Origin: an uncultured archaeon
GTDB lineage: Archaea > Asgardarchaeota > Thorarchaeia > Thorarchaeales > Thorarchaeaceae
Assembly (NCBI GenBank): GCA_964590575.1
Contig: CAZPWM010000025.1
Span: 7,670 to 37,675, forward strand
DNA: 30,006 nt
Reading direction: 5' to 3'
Part shown: positions 16,157 to 26,037 of the stretch, in pieces
How the letters are laid out: each line of letters begins with the position of its first letter
How positions within the stretch are numbered: position 1 is the stretch's first letter
Position numbers and translations under genes: made by a program
Notes under the pieces: model-generated
Databases searched by the model: none
What the model saw: the letters and a program-made list of their open reading frames with translations, nothing else
What the model was told of the DNA's origin: nothing

Positions 16157-17944
16157 CTAATTTTTGACTATTGCTACGATTCTATACATGTTACCAACCA
16201 TCTGGATTGTTGCTGTGAAACTATCACTAACATCAATCTCTAAGAGTAGAGTGTACCAGTCAGTCAAATTCATCCAGTCACGAGCTCCCTCAAGGTATGG
16301 ATATGTTGCATTGTCCGTACCTAAAACGATACGCAGATTTGAGTCTACAGTGTCAAAGGCTTTGCTGACAACAGTAGCTGTCATATTGAATGTATCTGAT
16401 AGCTCAGGTTCAATGCTACCACCAAAGAGTTTTACATACTCTGAACGTGTTTGGTACACCAATTCCTCGCCTGAGATTTCTCCTCCCAGAGGTACCCACT
16501 TAAACCGGTCTATGTTTGAGGCATCAACCATTCCTAACGCATGAAGGCGCATATTTGTGGCGGTGTACTCCTCAGTGTCGGAATCATAGTAGAAATCCGC
16601 CCAGTAGATTGGAGCATACCATGTCCACTTGGTCAGGGTGGAGTTGATAACAACCGGATAGAGAAGAGGCATAGCTCCATAGTATATTCCACTTGCTGGA
16701 GCACCAATATCCGCTACAACATTAGCCGCAGCAGCGTCACCGCTGACATAACCAAACTCACTCAGATCATGGTAATAGACAGCATCTTTTGTCGCTCTGA
16801 ATACACCTGCTAAGGTTCGAGATGAAGTCACAGGATTCATTGCAATGAAAGCCTCAACTCGGTTTGTGTCAGGATTGAGTATGTAACGAGTGTCCTCATG
16901 TATCTCTAACCTATCATTCGATGGTGGAATAAACCACAACAGACCCCCTGCAAAGAGGTCGAAACCGTTTCCACGACGATATCCACCCCATCTTGATATC
17001 TGGCGTTCTAAGTATTCTTCACCATACGCTTGAGTTACCCAGTCTGGGGTTTCTGCGATTGAGGCGTAACTAAAGACGGTGCCATTCTCTGCATATACAA
17101 TCGGACCTGTTGCTCTCTCTACAAAATCGAATCCCAGTGGTGTTCGTGTTTGAACATACACCAGTGAACCTGAAGGATCCCATGTGGGATATGCATATTG
17201 ATAGCTAGAGGTCATGTCATTGAGGTAGTTGCCAAACTGAATATTCTTGTCCCAGAACAAACCTTCACCAACTGGAATTGTAGTATTTAAAATGAGATGT
17301 GGCTCTATTGTTTGAGGGTCATTAGCATCAATAACAATGAATCCCTTCACATAATTCTCAGCCAATACATTGGTCGACACTATCGTGCATACCCACACTA
17401 GCGTCCCATTTGGGTTTGTAGTAATATGTGCTGCAGCAACAAAAACGTTGGAACCGAAAGGCGACATGTGTTGACCCGCCACGTATTTGGCATATTCCTC
17501 TGTAACCAGTCTAACCTTGTTATCTGCAATCGTGTTATTGAATAGTGGCTCATCGGTTACAATTATTTGAGAATTGAAAAATTCTGCATTAGAAACGTCT
17601 GCGGTCCAACTAATAATCCCAGAAAATGCTGGTATGATTATGATGATAATCATTCCAACACAGGTGAGTGGGACCCTTATGCCCTCCAGTACGTCCTCGA
17701 TTGCACCACCCCGAAACCCACTTGAAACCACTAATAATGCACCAAAGCTAATTATGAGAGTTACGACCGCCCAAGGAAGGGTGGACATCATTAGCAAACA
17801 AATAATGGCCCATGCAGCTGTTCCCCAAACGAGTCGAAAAGGAAGCCATTTGATCAGTCGATTTGGCCGCAACATTTCTTGTCTGAAGGGGATTGGAATC
17901 GCATGAACTATCAAGCTTATTAGAAGAAAGACTAGTACGTTCAT
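16157..17944 (-). CDS. Membrane protein: about 4 N-terminal TM helices and a large extracytoplasmic domain
   Basis: ATG at 17944 with GAGAGGT RBS (ORF-track start 18103 overlaps leuD); hydrophobic N-terminus, then a sequon-rich soluble domain. Confidence 0.7.
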   Translation of the reverse strand: MNVLVFLLISLIVHAIPIPFRQEMLRPNRLIKWLPFRLVWGTAAWAIICLLMMSTLPWAVVTLIISFGALLVVSSGFRGGAIEDVLEGIRVPLTCVGMIIIIIIPAFSGIISWTADVSNAEFFNSQIIVTDEPLFNNTIADNKVRLVTEEYAKYVAGQHMSPFGSNVFVAAAHITTNPNGTLVWVCTIVSTNVLAENYVKGFIVIDANDPQTIEPHLILNTTIPVGEGLFWDKNIQFGNYLNDMTSSYQYAYPTWDPSGSLVYVQTRTPLGFDFVERATGPIVYAENGTVFSYASIAETPDWVTQAYGEEYLERQISRWGGYRRGNGFDLFAGGLLWFIPPSNDRLEIHEDTRYILNPDTNRVEAFIAMNPVTSSRTLAGVFRATKDAVYYHDLSEFGYVSGDAAAANVVADIGAPASGIYYGAMPLLYPVVINSTLTKWTWYAPIYWADFYYDSDTEEYTATNMRLHALGMVDASNIDRFKWVPLGGEISGEELVYQTRSEYVKLFGGSIEPELSDTFNMTATVVSKAFDTVDSNLRIVLGTDNATYPYLEGARDWMNLTDWYTLLLEIDVSDSFTATIQMVGNMYRIVAIVKN

Positions 17945-18023
17945 CAATTGACCTCTCAGAAGATGTCTATCGATTTTTTCAGATTGATCCCCTTTTAGTG
18001 TTTCCCAACAACCAAATTTAGAA

Positions 18024-18539
18024 TCAATGGTTTTTCCTATACCAAGGAACGGCGCCTCCAGCTTTGAGTATCTCAAGCATTTTCTCTGGCAAGGGTTTTC
18101 CATGAATGACCTCGCTTTTGTCTTTGATTGTCAGGGTTCCTTTCCAAAGATTGACTATCACGGTCTCTCCATCTTTGACAAGCTTTGAGATATTCGGAAT
18201 TATAAGAAGTGGAAGGCCTATGTTGAATGAATTTCGGTAGAAGATTCGCGCAAATGATTCAGCTACAACACACCCAATTCCACTGTGCACGAGTACTTTC
18301 GGTGCCTCTTCACGTGAAGAACCTCCACCAAAATTTCGGCCAGCTATGATAACATCATTTTCTTTCACTCTCGATGCAAACAAAGGTCGAGGAATTTCAA
18401 AGGTATGTTTTGCCATCTCTTTGTAGTCGAGGAGTGTTAGATACCGTCCTTGAATTATTTGGTCGGTATTGATGTTATTGCCGAAAATCCAAGCACGCCC
18501 GCTGATATTATCAAGCTCCTTTTTCAATTGCTCACACAC
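18024..18539 (-). CDS. leuD: 3-isopropylmalate dehydratase / homoaconitase small subunit
   Basis: NINTDQII, AGRNFGGGSSREEA, AESFARIFYRNSFNIGLP; substrate specificity not determined. Confidence 0.88.
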   Translation of the reverse strand: MCEQLKKELDNISGRAWIFGNNINTDQIIQGRYLTLLDYKEMAKHTFEIPRPLFASRVKENDVIIAGRNFGGGSSREEAPKVLVHSGIGCVVAESFARIFYRNSFNIGLPLLIIPNISKLVKDGETVIVNLWKGTLTIKDKSEVIHGKPLPEKMLEILKAGGAVPWYRKNH

Positions 18540-19797
18540 TCCTTGGATCTGCGATTACTCCCTTCAGAGCGCTAGCAGCTACAGTCGCAGGAGAAGCAAG
18601 GTAGATTCGGGAATCGTGATGTCCCATTCGTCCTTTGAAGTTGCGATTAGTGCTTGAAACGCACACTTCACCGGCTCCCAACACTCCCAAGTGACCACCC
18701 ACGCAAGCGCCACAAGTGGAGTTGGTGACAATCCCTCCTGCATCCATTAGAATCTTGATGATACCTCGTTCAAGAGCTTCCATGTATGTTGCCTTACTCG
18801 CGGGAGTGATAATGAGTCGAACACCATCGTGCACCTTCTTACCTTTGAGGATCTCTGCAGCTATGATCAAGTCACCAATCCGACCATTTGTACATGACCC
18901 AATGAATGCTTGATCAATAGGAACCCCTGCAACCTCCGCCACAGGTTTTCCATTTGTGGGAAGGTCCGGAGGGGCTACTGTTGGCTCTAGTGGTTCACTA
19001 TTAAGGTCAAAGTGCATCACGTCGACATACTCTGCATCAGTGTCAACCTTGACTTCTTTCCATTTTTTCTTTGGCGCATAGTCTTCAATCCAGAACTTAA
19101 CATCTTGATTGATAGGCATTGGTGCACACTTCGCTCCAGCCTCAACTGTCATGTTGCACATGGTCATTCTTTCGCTAACACTCATGGCTTCAATTGTTGA
19201 CCCATGAAACTCCATCGATTGATAATTTGCTCCATCTGGACCAAGCTCACTTATTATCTTTAAAATCAGGTCCTTGCTCATCACCCTGTCATGAAGTTCT
19301 CCGGTGACTACAATCTTCAACGATTCAGGAACTCTGAACCAGCACTCTCCTGTAGCAAGGATTAGTGCTGAATCAGTGGCTGCGAGTCCCGTTGAGAATG
19401 CATTGAATGCACCGTAGGTTGTTGAATGGGAATCACTCCCGATGATGAGTGCACCGGGGACTACTAATCCCATCTCTGGAAGAATTTGATGAGATATACC
19501 ACAGTCCACATCACAGAAATTAGTGATTCCCTGTTGCTTCACAAAATTCCGATTTCTCCTGTGAATCTCAGCACTATTGATGTCCGATGCAGGTGCCCAG
19601 TGATCGTTGACAACAAGGACCCTGTTTGGGTTCCATACCTTCTTGAAACCCATATCATCTAGGATGGGCAAAATTCTTGAACCGAGAACCTCATGGACCA
19701 TCAATAGGTCGATACGGGCCTGTATAATCTCTCCTACACTAGCCTTGCCATCATTTGTGTGACTTGCCAAAATCTTCTCAGCTAATGTCTGTCCCAT
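18532..19797 (-). CDS. leuC: 3-isopropylmalate dehydratase / homoaconitase large subunit
   Basis: GQTLAEKIL, GSDSHSTTYGA, FIGSCTNGR, CGACVG, STNRNFKGRMG (aconitase Fe-S cysteines). Confidence 0.92.
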   Translation of the reverse strand: MGQTLAEKILASHTNDGKASVGEIIQARIDLLMVHEVLGSRILPILDDMGFKKVWNPNRVLVVNDHWAPASDINSAEIHRRNRNFVKQQGITNFCDVDCGISHQILPEMGLVVPGALIIGSDSHSTTYGAFNAFSTGLAATDSALILATGECWFRVPESLKIVVTGELHDRVMSKDLILKIISELGPDGANYQSMEFHGSTIEAMSVSERMTMCNMTVEAGAKCAPMPINQDVKFWIEDYAPKKKWKEVKVDTDAEYVDVMHFDLNSEPLEPTVAPPDLPTNGKPVAEVAGVPIDQAFIGSCTNGRIGDLIIAAEILKGKKVHDGVRLIITPASKATYMEALERGIIKILMDAGGIVTNSTCGACVGGHLGVLGAGEVCVSSTNRNFKGRMGHHDSRIYLASPATVAASALKGVIADPRSV

Positions 19798-19801
19798 GAA
19801 T

Positions 19802-20944
19802 TCATCCCTTCATCTTTTTGATAATCTCTGTCGTGACCTCTTTAGTTGTCGAAGGTTTAACATTAGACCATTTTCCAAGGCATAGGTCTGGGGTTCTTAT
19901 CTTCCCATCACGAAGGGCAGCTTCAACAGCTTCTCTTATCCATTCAGCTGTCTTCGCCGGAACACGGTCATCAAACTTCTTACTCAGCCATTCAAGCATC
20001 ATTGCTGTTGAGAGCAATGCCGCAATTGGATTGGCTTGCCCTGTACCTGCAATATCTGGTGCGGATCCGTGTACTGGTTCAAAGACTGCATGATCCTTTC
20101 CAATATTCCCAGATGGAGCTACTCCTAGACCTCCCACAAAAGCGGCACCTAGGTCACTGATTATATCACCAAAGGCATTTGGTGCCACAACCACATCATA
20201 GTATTCCGGTCTCCTAAGGGCTAGCAAAGTCCATGCGTCAACGTAGGCGTAATCTCTAGTAATTTCTTTATAGTTCTCCCCAACTTTATCAAAATATTCT
20301 CTGAAAAGCTGACACCCGGCAAGGAGGTTACTTTTATCGACGCATGTCACACGTCTTACCTTGTCAACAGGGGCTCCATTTCGTTTCTTTGCAAGTTCGA
20401 ACGCATATCTAGCAATTCTTTCAGACCCTTTGGCAGTTATCATCCTCAAATCGTATGCGAAATCTCTGTCCGCTTCAGTGATTCTGCCATGTGCAGGGAT
20501 GTAGAGACCCTCGGTGTTTTCACGTACTATGACCATATCAATATCATTTGGCTCTTTACCACCGAGAGGTGTTGGAACCCCCTCAAATAACTTCACAGGT
20601 CTAACATTAGCGTAGAGGTCGAGTTCCTGTCTTAGACCAATTACGACACTATACCCTGCGAGATTACCATCCGGGCGTCGAACGATTCTTCCATCTGGCC
20701 CCTTTGCGCCAATACCCCCAAGTAAGATTGCATCCGCTTCAGTCTTTGTGAATACCTCAGCATCCTTTGTCCATTCACGTCGAGTCTTGAGGTAATATTC
20801 ACCTCCACACTCGAACTTACGGAACTTCAAGTCAATATTGCCCGCGGGAATAACTGCTTCTTCCACAACTCTCATGACTTCTGAAATGACCTCTTTTCCT
20901 ATACCATCTCCTGGTAGGACTGCAATCTTGTAGATACGACCCAC
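19802..20944 (-). CDS. leuB: Isocitrate/isopropylmalate dehydrogenase family protein
   Basis: LPGDGIGKEV, LRQELDLYANVRP, VRENTEGLY, NAFGDIISD, EPVHGSAPDIAG. Confidence 0.85.
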   Translation of the reverse strand: MGRIYKIAVLPGDGIGKEVISEVMRVVEEAVIPAGNIDLKFRKFECGGEYYLKTRREWTKDAEVFTKTEADAILLGGIGAKGPDGRIVRRPDGNLAGYSVVIGLRQELDLYANVRPVKLFEGVPTPLGGKEPNDIDMVIVRENTEGLYIPAHGRITEADRDFAYDLRMITAKGSERIARYAFELAKKRNGAPVDKVRRVTCVDKSNLLAGCQLFREYFDKVGENYKEITRDYAYVDAWTLLALRRPEYYDVVVAPNAFGDIISDLGAAFVGGLGVAPSGNIGKDHAVFEPVHGSAPDIAGTGQANPIAALLSTAMMLEWLSKKFDDRVPAKTAEWIREAVEAALRDGKIRTPDLCLGKWSNVKPSTTKEVTTEIIKKMKG

Positions 20945-20954
20945 TCTAAATCAC

Positions 20955-21293
20955 CTAGTAACTCCCTAACCAACCGAGATCGTTCCCGTCATCATCAATC
21001 AAATTCACTTTTGTATCTAGTCTTTCACCATCCAGGTAGCGAATTTTGCATCGTATTATGAATTGGCGACTGCACTTTGCACACTCAACCAGCCAATCTT
21101 CCTCAATCTCAAAGATGCCTTTGCTGGGAATCTCCTTGACTTTCGGGGGTTGAATTAGGTTGAGCTCTTGTCCATCACAATCGTATGTGCATTCTTTAAG
21201 TATCAAGGCTTCCATCCCTCTTCTTCCAAGAGCGACAAAGACCTGATCTGGTAATTCATCCAAGGAACGGTTTCCAACCAAGTATTCCACCAC
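20955..21293 (-). CDS. Small hypothetical protein, possible Zn-binding (CxxxC...CxxC); start uncertain
   Basis: ECTYDC and ECAKC; ends 10 nt before leuB; GTG at 21293/21290 or ATG at 21332 more plausible than 21461. Confidence 0.6.
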   Translation of the reverse strand: MVEYLVGNRSLDELPDQVFVALGRRGMEALILKECTYDCDGQELNLIQPPKVKEIPSKGIFEIEEDWLVECAKCSRQFIIRCKIRYLDGERLDTKVNLIDDDGNDLGWLGSY

Positions 21294-21629
21294 AATCGAG
21301 TTCTGCACCAGTACGGATAAATGATTCTTCATGGTTGTGTTTTGAAAAATATAGACACAAATCAGTGCTTTGTTTGATAAATTGTCTATAGTTTCATCTC
21401 TCCCATTTTGATTAAAGCTCAGAAATAGACTGGAAGAACCTGTTTCGTATTTAGACGGCATATGATGATATGATCATGAAAGTACCGCCAAAAAACCCAT
21501 ATCAATCACAATGTTGATGGTTGTAACTCAAATATTTGTTTAGATAGTAAACAATATACGCAGGGTTTCTAACAGCCAAAAGAAACTTGGACAAAGTTGG
21601 ACATCTCTTAGCAAACCATTTGAATGAAT

Positions 21630-22200
21630 TTAACCTTCTTCCCTAAAGACGACTCCTTGGTCTTCAAGTTCTACAAACACATCTTTGATCACTTCATCTA
21701 TGACCTCATCACTGATGTCATACTGTGAGAGAACTGTGGTCACATGAGTTTCTATATCATATTTGTTGATGCCGCCGAAGAACGCCACCCAGTCCAGATA
21801 TACATGGATTGCCTGTGTCACCTGTATACAAATCATTTCACCATCTGAGGATGTGAAGATTGCTTCAAGCGCTTTCCCATCATATCCCAGTGACACTTCA
21901 CCAAGATCCTCATACTTCAAGGATGTAAGTCCTGATTCGCCCTCCAATTCAATTATCTCATCAATAAGTTCTTGGATGAGCCCTCTCAGCTGTTCGTTGT
22001 CCCCCAGCCTCTCTCTCTCCACTAGCACCTTCATCTCCTGTTCTAGAAGATCTGCGAGCCTCTCAGGATGCATCAAATCTCCTCTCTTCGCATTCACAAA
22101 ATGAGTATGTTTCTCTCCAGTGACCTGGGACTCAAGACTGAATCTGATCTTATCCATTCCAATAGAGATGTCCGGTGTCCATTCCTCTAGAATATACTGA
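21630..22200 (-). pseudogene. Acidic hypothetical protein, probably the 3' remnant of a 5'-truncated gene
   Basis: Protein-like ORF whose nominal ATG (22235) overlaps the ATG of the divergent TnpB, leaving no promoter space. Confidence 0.45.
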
Positions 22201-23565
22201 CCTGGTAGGACAGCATTCTCCCGTCGGCATGTCATGAGATGGATTGACTCTCTGAACTGTCGAGGGAGCTCTTTGGACTCAGGGATGGAGAACTCAAAGA
22301 GCTACAGTCTTGACTTCTCCGCATCCACGGAGAATTCAACAGGTCCGGGATACTGGTTCTCTCTGGACGAGGAACGAGAGAACGAGGTCCTCTTGCATCT
22401 CAAGCTTCCTCCGGGAATTGATGGGACTCACCATCAGGACTCTCCTATTAAGGGGAAAACCCTGACATTGCGATTCCTCGATTGGTTACCACGAGAGGTG
22501 TTCAGCAATAAACAGAAAGCTCAGGCCGCAAGAGAGAGAGGTGAGGTCCATCGTGCTGAGCAACTGACATTTCGAGCGGCCAAGTTCGAGGACATGCATC
22601 AACAACTGTTGAACACTATCGGGTTCCAGCATTCGGCTCACAGACTCTCAAGACTCAAACAGAAGAAGCACTCCGATTCCAAAGAAGTCGTTGAGCTTGA
22701 GAAAGAGGTGAAGAAACTGAAGAGTTCCCGTCGAAGCGCTCCCCCTCGCATTCTCCTAAGGGGGAACAAAGTCATACTGCAGATCCCGTTCCTCACTCCC
22801 AACGGCCCTGTGAGCTCCAGTGTCTTCGGTAAACGAGAGTATACCACCAAGGCTGGGGTTGACAGGGGACTCAGGGTTCCAGTGGCACTCTCAGTGGAGA
22901 AGGAGAATCAGTCATTCAAGGACCTCCTAATCATAGTGGGTCGCTTGGTGCAGAAACGTGAAACAATCAGGAAATATGCGTACACCCTCACTTCACAGGT
23001 TGCGAAGAAGAAGAACAACTGGCACAAGAAACGACCGGGACAGAGCTATCCTGCGCACCTCCAGAGACTGGAGATTCACTCATCTGCGCAGTGGAGAAAG
23101 GTACGTCGTCTCGACCGTGAGATTGCCCGTCAGGTAGCTTCTCAAACAGTGTGGTTCTGTGAAGCGCACCGCGTGAAGAGGCTGTTCTTTGAGGACCTCA
23201 GGAGCTTTCAGGCGCACGCCGGGTCAAAGGACCTGTCGTACAACCTGAACTCAAATATGTGGGGGAGAATCATCGACACAGTCCGGTACATGCGGCAGTC
23301 AATGGGGCACTCAAGATACAGTGTGTGGACTGTCAACCCACGATACACCTCTCAGACCTGTCATATGTGTGGGGAGAGAGGGAAGAGAGTAGAGGATGAG
23401 ACCTCCACCACCGAGAAGAAAGGTGGAGCGTACTTCTATTGTGGGATGTGTGATATGCATTTCCATGCTGACATCAATGCAGCAAGGAATATAATCCATG
23501 TTCAATCGAAATCCAGTGTCGTTTCTGGACGGACAGCCTGATATTCAGGTTTGTCCACTCTTCAA
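22201..23565 (+). mobile_element. IS200/IS605-family remnant (tnpB plus right end; no tnpA or left end seen)
   Basis: tnpB followed by a subterminal hairpin and TTCAA; segment looks more GC-rich than its flanks. Confidence 0.6.
22234..23541 (+). CDS. tnpB: TnpB-like RNA-guided endonuclease (IS200/IS605 family); N-terminus atypical or truncated
   Basis: RuvC-I GVDRG (D at 22861), RuvC-II FEDL, VNPRYTSQTCHMCG...CGMC zinc finger, RuvC-III HADINAARNI. Confidence 0.88.
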   Translation: MRWIDSLNCRGSSLDSGMENSKSYSLDFSASTENSTGPGYWFSLDEERENEVLLHLKLPPGIDGTHHQDSPIKGKTLTLRFLDWLPREVFSNKQKAQAARERGEVHRAEQLTFRAAKFEDMHQQLLNTIGFQHSAHRLSRLKQKKHSDSKEVVELEKEVKKLKSSRRSAPPRILLRGNKVILQIPFLTPNGPVSSSVFGKREYTTKAGVDRGLRVPVALSVEKENQSFKDLLIIVGRLVQKRETIRKYAYTLTSQVAKKKNNWHKKRPGQSYPAHLQRLEIHSSAQWRKVRRLDREIARQVASQTVWFCEAHRVKRLFFEDLRSFQAHAGSKDLSYNLNSNMWGRIIDTVRYMRQSMGHSRYSVWTVNPRYTSQTCHMCGERGKRVEDETSTTEKKGGAYFYCGMCDMHFHADINAARNIIHVQSKSSVVSGRTA

Positions 23566-23585
23566 TAAACGATAAATGAGATGGT
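23512..23585 (+). ncRNA. Putative 3' part of TnpB omega/reRNA scaffold plus guide
   Basis: Hairpin GGACAGCCTGA-TAT-TCAGGTTTGTCC (23531-23556), an upstream TCCAG/CTGGA stem, TTCAA at 23561-23565, then flanking sequence that would be the guide; 5' end unknown. Confidence 0.45.
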
Positions 23586-23600
23586 TGTATTGAAAACATC

Positions 23601-24506
23601 ATGCGACTCGTCACATACTCAAGAATGGGTGTGCCTTCAATTGGCGTCGAACTCAAATCTGGCATTCTTGATATCCCTGATGCGGCCTCACACTTTGGAC
23701 GAAAGTATCACGTGAGGGGCCACAGCTTCCCCACAACAATGATGGACTTGCTAAATTGGGAGTCAGGAATTGATGTGGTTCGTCAGATTGTCCAGCGGTA
23801 TGAGAAAACCCCTGAAGGTGAACGAATTATGGCCCGTCCAATGAGTTCTGTGACTCTTGACGCTCCATTGTCCCGTCCGGGTAAGATTGTGGCTCTAGGT
23901 AAGAACTACTTAGATCACGTTGAGGAAACGGACTCTGAAGTTCCTGAGTTCCCAGTCATCTTTGCAAAATTTCCGTCAAGCGTCATCGGTCCGGATGATT
24001 ATATTTCCATTCCTGATGTTTCATCCAAGATCGATTGGGAGGTGGAATTGGGAATCGTTATCGGGAAGACCTGTAAAAATGTCAGTGAGAAAAAATCCTT
24101 GGAATTTGTGGCTGGGTATACTGTGATTAATGACATATCCGCTCGAGACCTCCAAATGACTGATGGTCAATGGGTACGTAGTAAATCACTTGATGGGTTT
24201 TGCCCCATGGGTCCTTGTATAGTTACACAGGACGAGCTAGACGACGCATCGAATCTAAAGATGCATACCAAGGTAAATGGAGTTGTTAAACAGGAGTCTT
24301 CCACCTCCAACTTAATATTCAAAGTTCCAACAATCATATCATATCTCTCTAAATCTTTCACCCTCGAACCTGGTGATGTCATAGCCACCGGCACACCTTC
24401 TGGAGTGGGCTTTGTCAGAAATCCTCCGGAATTTTTGAAAGCTGGTGATAAAGTCGAGGTGTATGTTGAGAAAATTGGGTATCTAAGAAATAAAATCAAC
24501 CAGTAG
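23601..24506 (+). CDS. Fumarylacetoacetate hydrolase family protein
   Basis: KIVALGKNYLDH, DWEVELGIVIG, NDISARDLQ, KSLDGFCPMGP, GDVIATGTPSGVG. Confidence 0.93.
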   Translation: MRLVTYSRMGVPSIGVELKSGILDIPDAASHFGRKYHVRGHSFPTTMMDLLNWESGIDVVRQIVQRYEKTPEGERIMARPMSSVTLDAPLSRPGKIVALGKNYLDHVEETDSEVPEFPVIFAKFPSSVIGPDDYISIPDVSSKIDWEVELGIVIGKTCKNVSEKKSLEFVAGYTVINDISARDLQMTDGQWVRSKSLDGFCPMGPCIVTQDELDDASNLKMHTKVNGVVKQESSTSNLIFKVPTIISYLSKSFTLEPGDVIATGTPSGVGFVRNPPEFLKAGDKVEVYVEKIGYLRNKINQ

Positions 24507-24740
24507 GGAACTTGATCTAATACGAACTGTCTGTCCTTTCACATATTGATGCCATGTAACACCTCCTCCGGAGTAATGACATCTTTTTGCTTGTTGATCA
24601 TCAATCTGGGCAGTTATAGCCGCCCCATACCGCTCATTGCAAAAACCCACCTCAGGTTTCTTCACAGACCTCTCTCATATTGTTTCTGAGCATCAGCATC
24701 CCACTAATCTTATCGTTGTTTGGAGGGGAATATGAATTTA

Positions 24741-25286
24741 TCATTTGAGTCTGTTTGCTCTATCTAGAGCTTCTTGGGCTTTCTCATATTCGAAGAGTTT
24801 CTTATGAGCTCGATTGAGCATCTCCCAGACCTCTTTGTCTTTTGGTTTTAAAGTGAGATATGCCTTACAGAAAATCTTCATATTTTCCCAATCATTGAGT
24901 GCCTCAAAACATCGTGCGCCATAGTATAATGCTCTCTTGTGATTTAGCTGTGGACCAGCTAACGCTTTGAAGATTTCAAGTGCTTCTTCATACTCTCCAT
25001 TTTCATAGTGTATTTTTGCCTCGTCGTATCTACTCTCCATTTCACTGTACTCTGGTATCTTTTGTGAGTACGATGCAATCATCTGGGATGCACTGCAACA
25101 AACCACAATAACAACAAGCATGATTGCCAATCCCATAGTCATGACTGGATCGATTGGTATGAATCCTTGTCCAGCGAGTAACGAGAGGACAACCCCCCCT
25201 ACGAAGATGATGACGACAGCGGCTGCTACATATTTTTGTGCAGGCGCACTAAAGCCCTCTTCGTCATCTGGAAATTGAGGCATCAT
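24741..25286 (-). CDS. Membrane-anchored TPR protein (2 TM + TPR)
   Basis: Two hydrophobic helices followed by TPR-like YENGEYEEALEIF and ALYYGARCF repeats. Confidence 0.75.
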   Translation of the reverse strand: MMPQFPDDEEGFSAPAQKYVAAAVVIIFVGGVVLSLLAGQGFIPIDPVMTMGLAIMLVVIVVCCSASQMIASYSQKIPEYSEMESRYDEAKIHYENGEYEEALEIFKALAGPQLNHKRALYYGARCFEALNDWENMKIFCKAYLTLKPKDKEVWEMLNRAHKKLFEYEKAQEALDRANRLK

Positions 25287-25350
25287 AATCTAAGGAGTAT
25301 TAGGACTCCTTTTAGGTCTGATGAATCAATCAATTTGTACTCCGATAAGC

Positions 25351-25986
25351 TTAGGGCTCTTCAGTTTCTTTCTTCCCCAATTGCTTCCTCTTGTACTCAG
25401 CATTTTCTCGTCTAGAAGTCAACCGGTTCCTTGCCACATTGATCCACTGGTCCACCATCCTGCTTAGCTGTGGATTCAACTCCACTGCAAGTTCTGCATA
25501 GGTAATTGCTTTTTCGTCCTGCTCCTCTATGAAGTGAGCATTTGCCTTGTTGTAGAATGCTTCAGCATAATCAGGTTTCAAGGCGACGGCTCGTGTGTAG
25601 GCATTTATTGCTGCTTCTCCATCAGCAAGTCTTGAGTGGCAGTTGCCTAAATTATTCCAAGCTTCAGCATCATCTGGATTGACCTCCAAAGCCTCCTCAT
25701 AACACTCCCGGGCTGCTTCAAAATCTCTCATAGCATAGAGCGCAGCACCTTTATTGAACCAGATTTCAAAGATGAAGTTATCAATAGCCAAGGCTTCGTC
25801 ATAAGCTTTGACGGCTTCTTCATACTGTTCAGCTTCGTTTAAGGCATACCCCAGATTATACCATCCTTCTATTCCGTCCGGTCTTTGTTCAACTAATTCT
25901 CTTAAGACTACTATAGCCTTCTCAACCAATCCTGCTTCCAAGAGGGTAAGAGACTCTTGCAGCTTGTCTGTGTTTTTCTCGGACAA
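25351..25986 (-). CDS. Tetratricopeptide repeat protein
   Basis: Canonical repeats WYNLGYAL, WFNKGAAL, NPDDAEAWNNLG, PDYAEAFYNKA. Confidence 0.92.
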   Translation of the reverse strand: MSEKNTDKLQESLTLLEAGLVEKAIVVLRELVEQRPDGIEGWYNLGYALNEAEQYEEAVKAYDEALAIDNFIFEIWFNKGAALYAMRDFEAARECYEEALEVNPDDAEAWNNLGNCHSRLADGEAAINAYTRAVALKPDYAEAFYNKANAHFIEEQDEKAITYAELAVELNPQLSRMVDQWINVARNRLTSRRENAEYKRKQLGKKETEEP

Positions 25987-26037
25987 TATAATCGAGTTTC
26001 TTGTCCATATAGTAGGAATAAGGATTACGTAGTATAC

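Noticed and set aside
21314-21324. Partial match (GATAAATGA) to the predicted TnpB guide
   Set aside because: Only 9 nt in AT-rich DNA and does not include the first guide bases; expected by chance
21300-23600. CRISPR array or cas genes near the RuvC nuclease
   Set aside because: No regularly spaced direct repeats or cas genes seen; consistent with TnpB rather than Cas12
24483-24665. 60 aa minus-strand ORF between FAH and TPR genes
   Set aside because: Short, overlaps the FAH stop, no recognisable motif; cannot be supported
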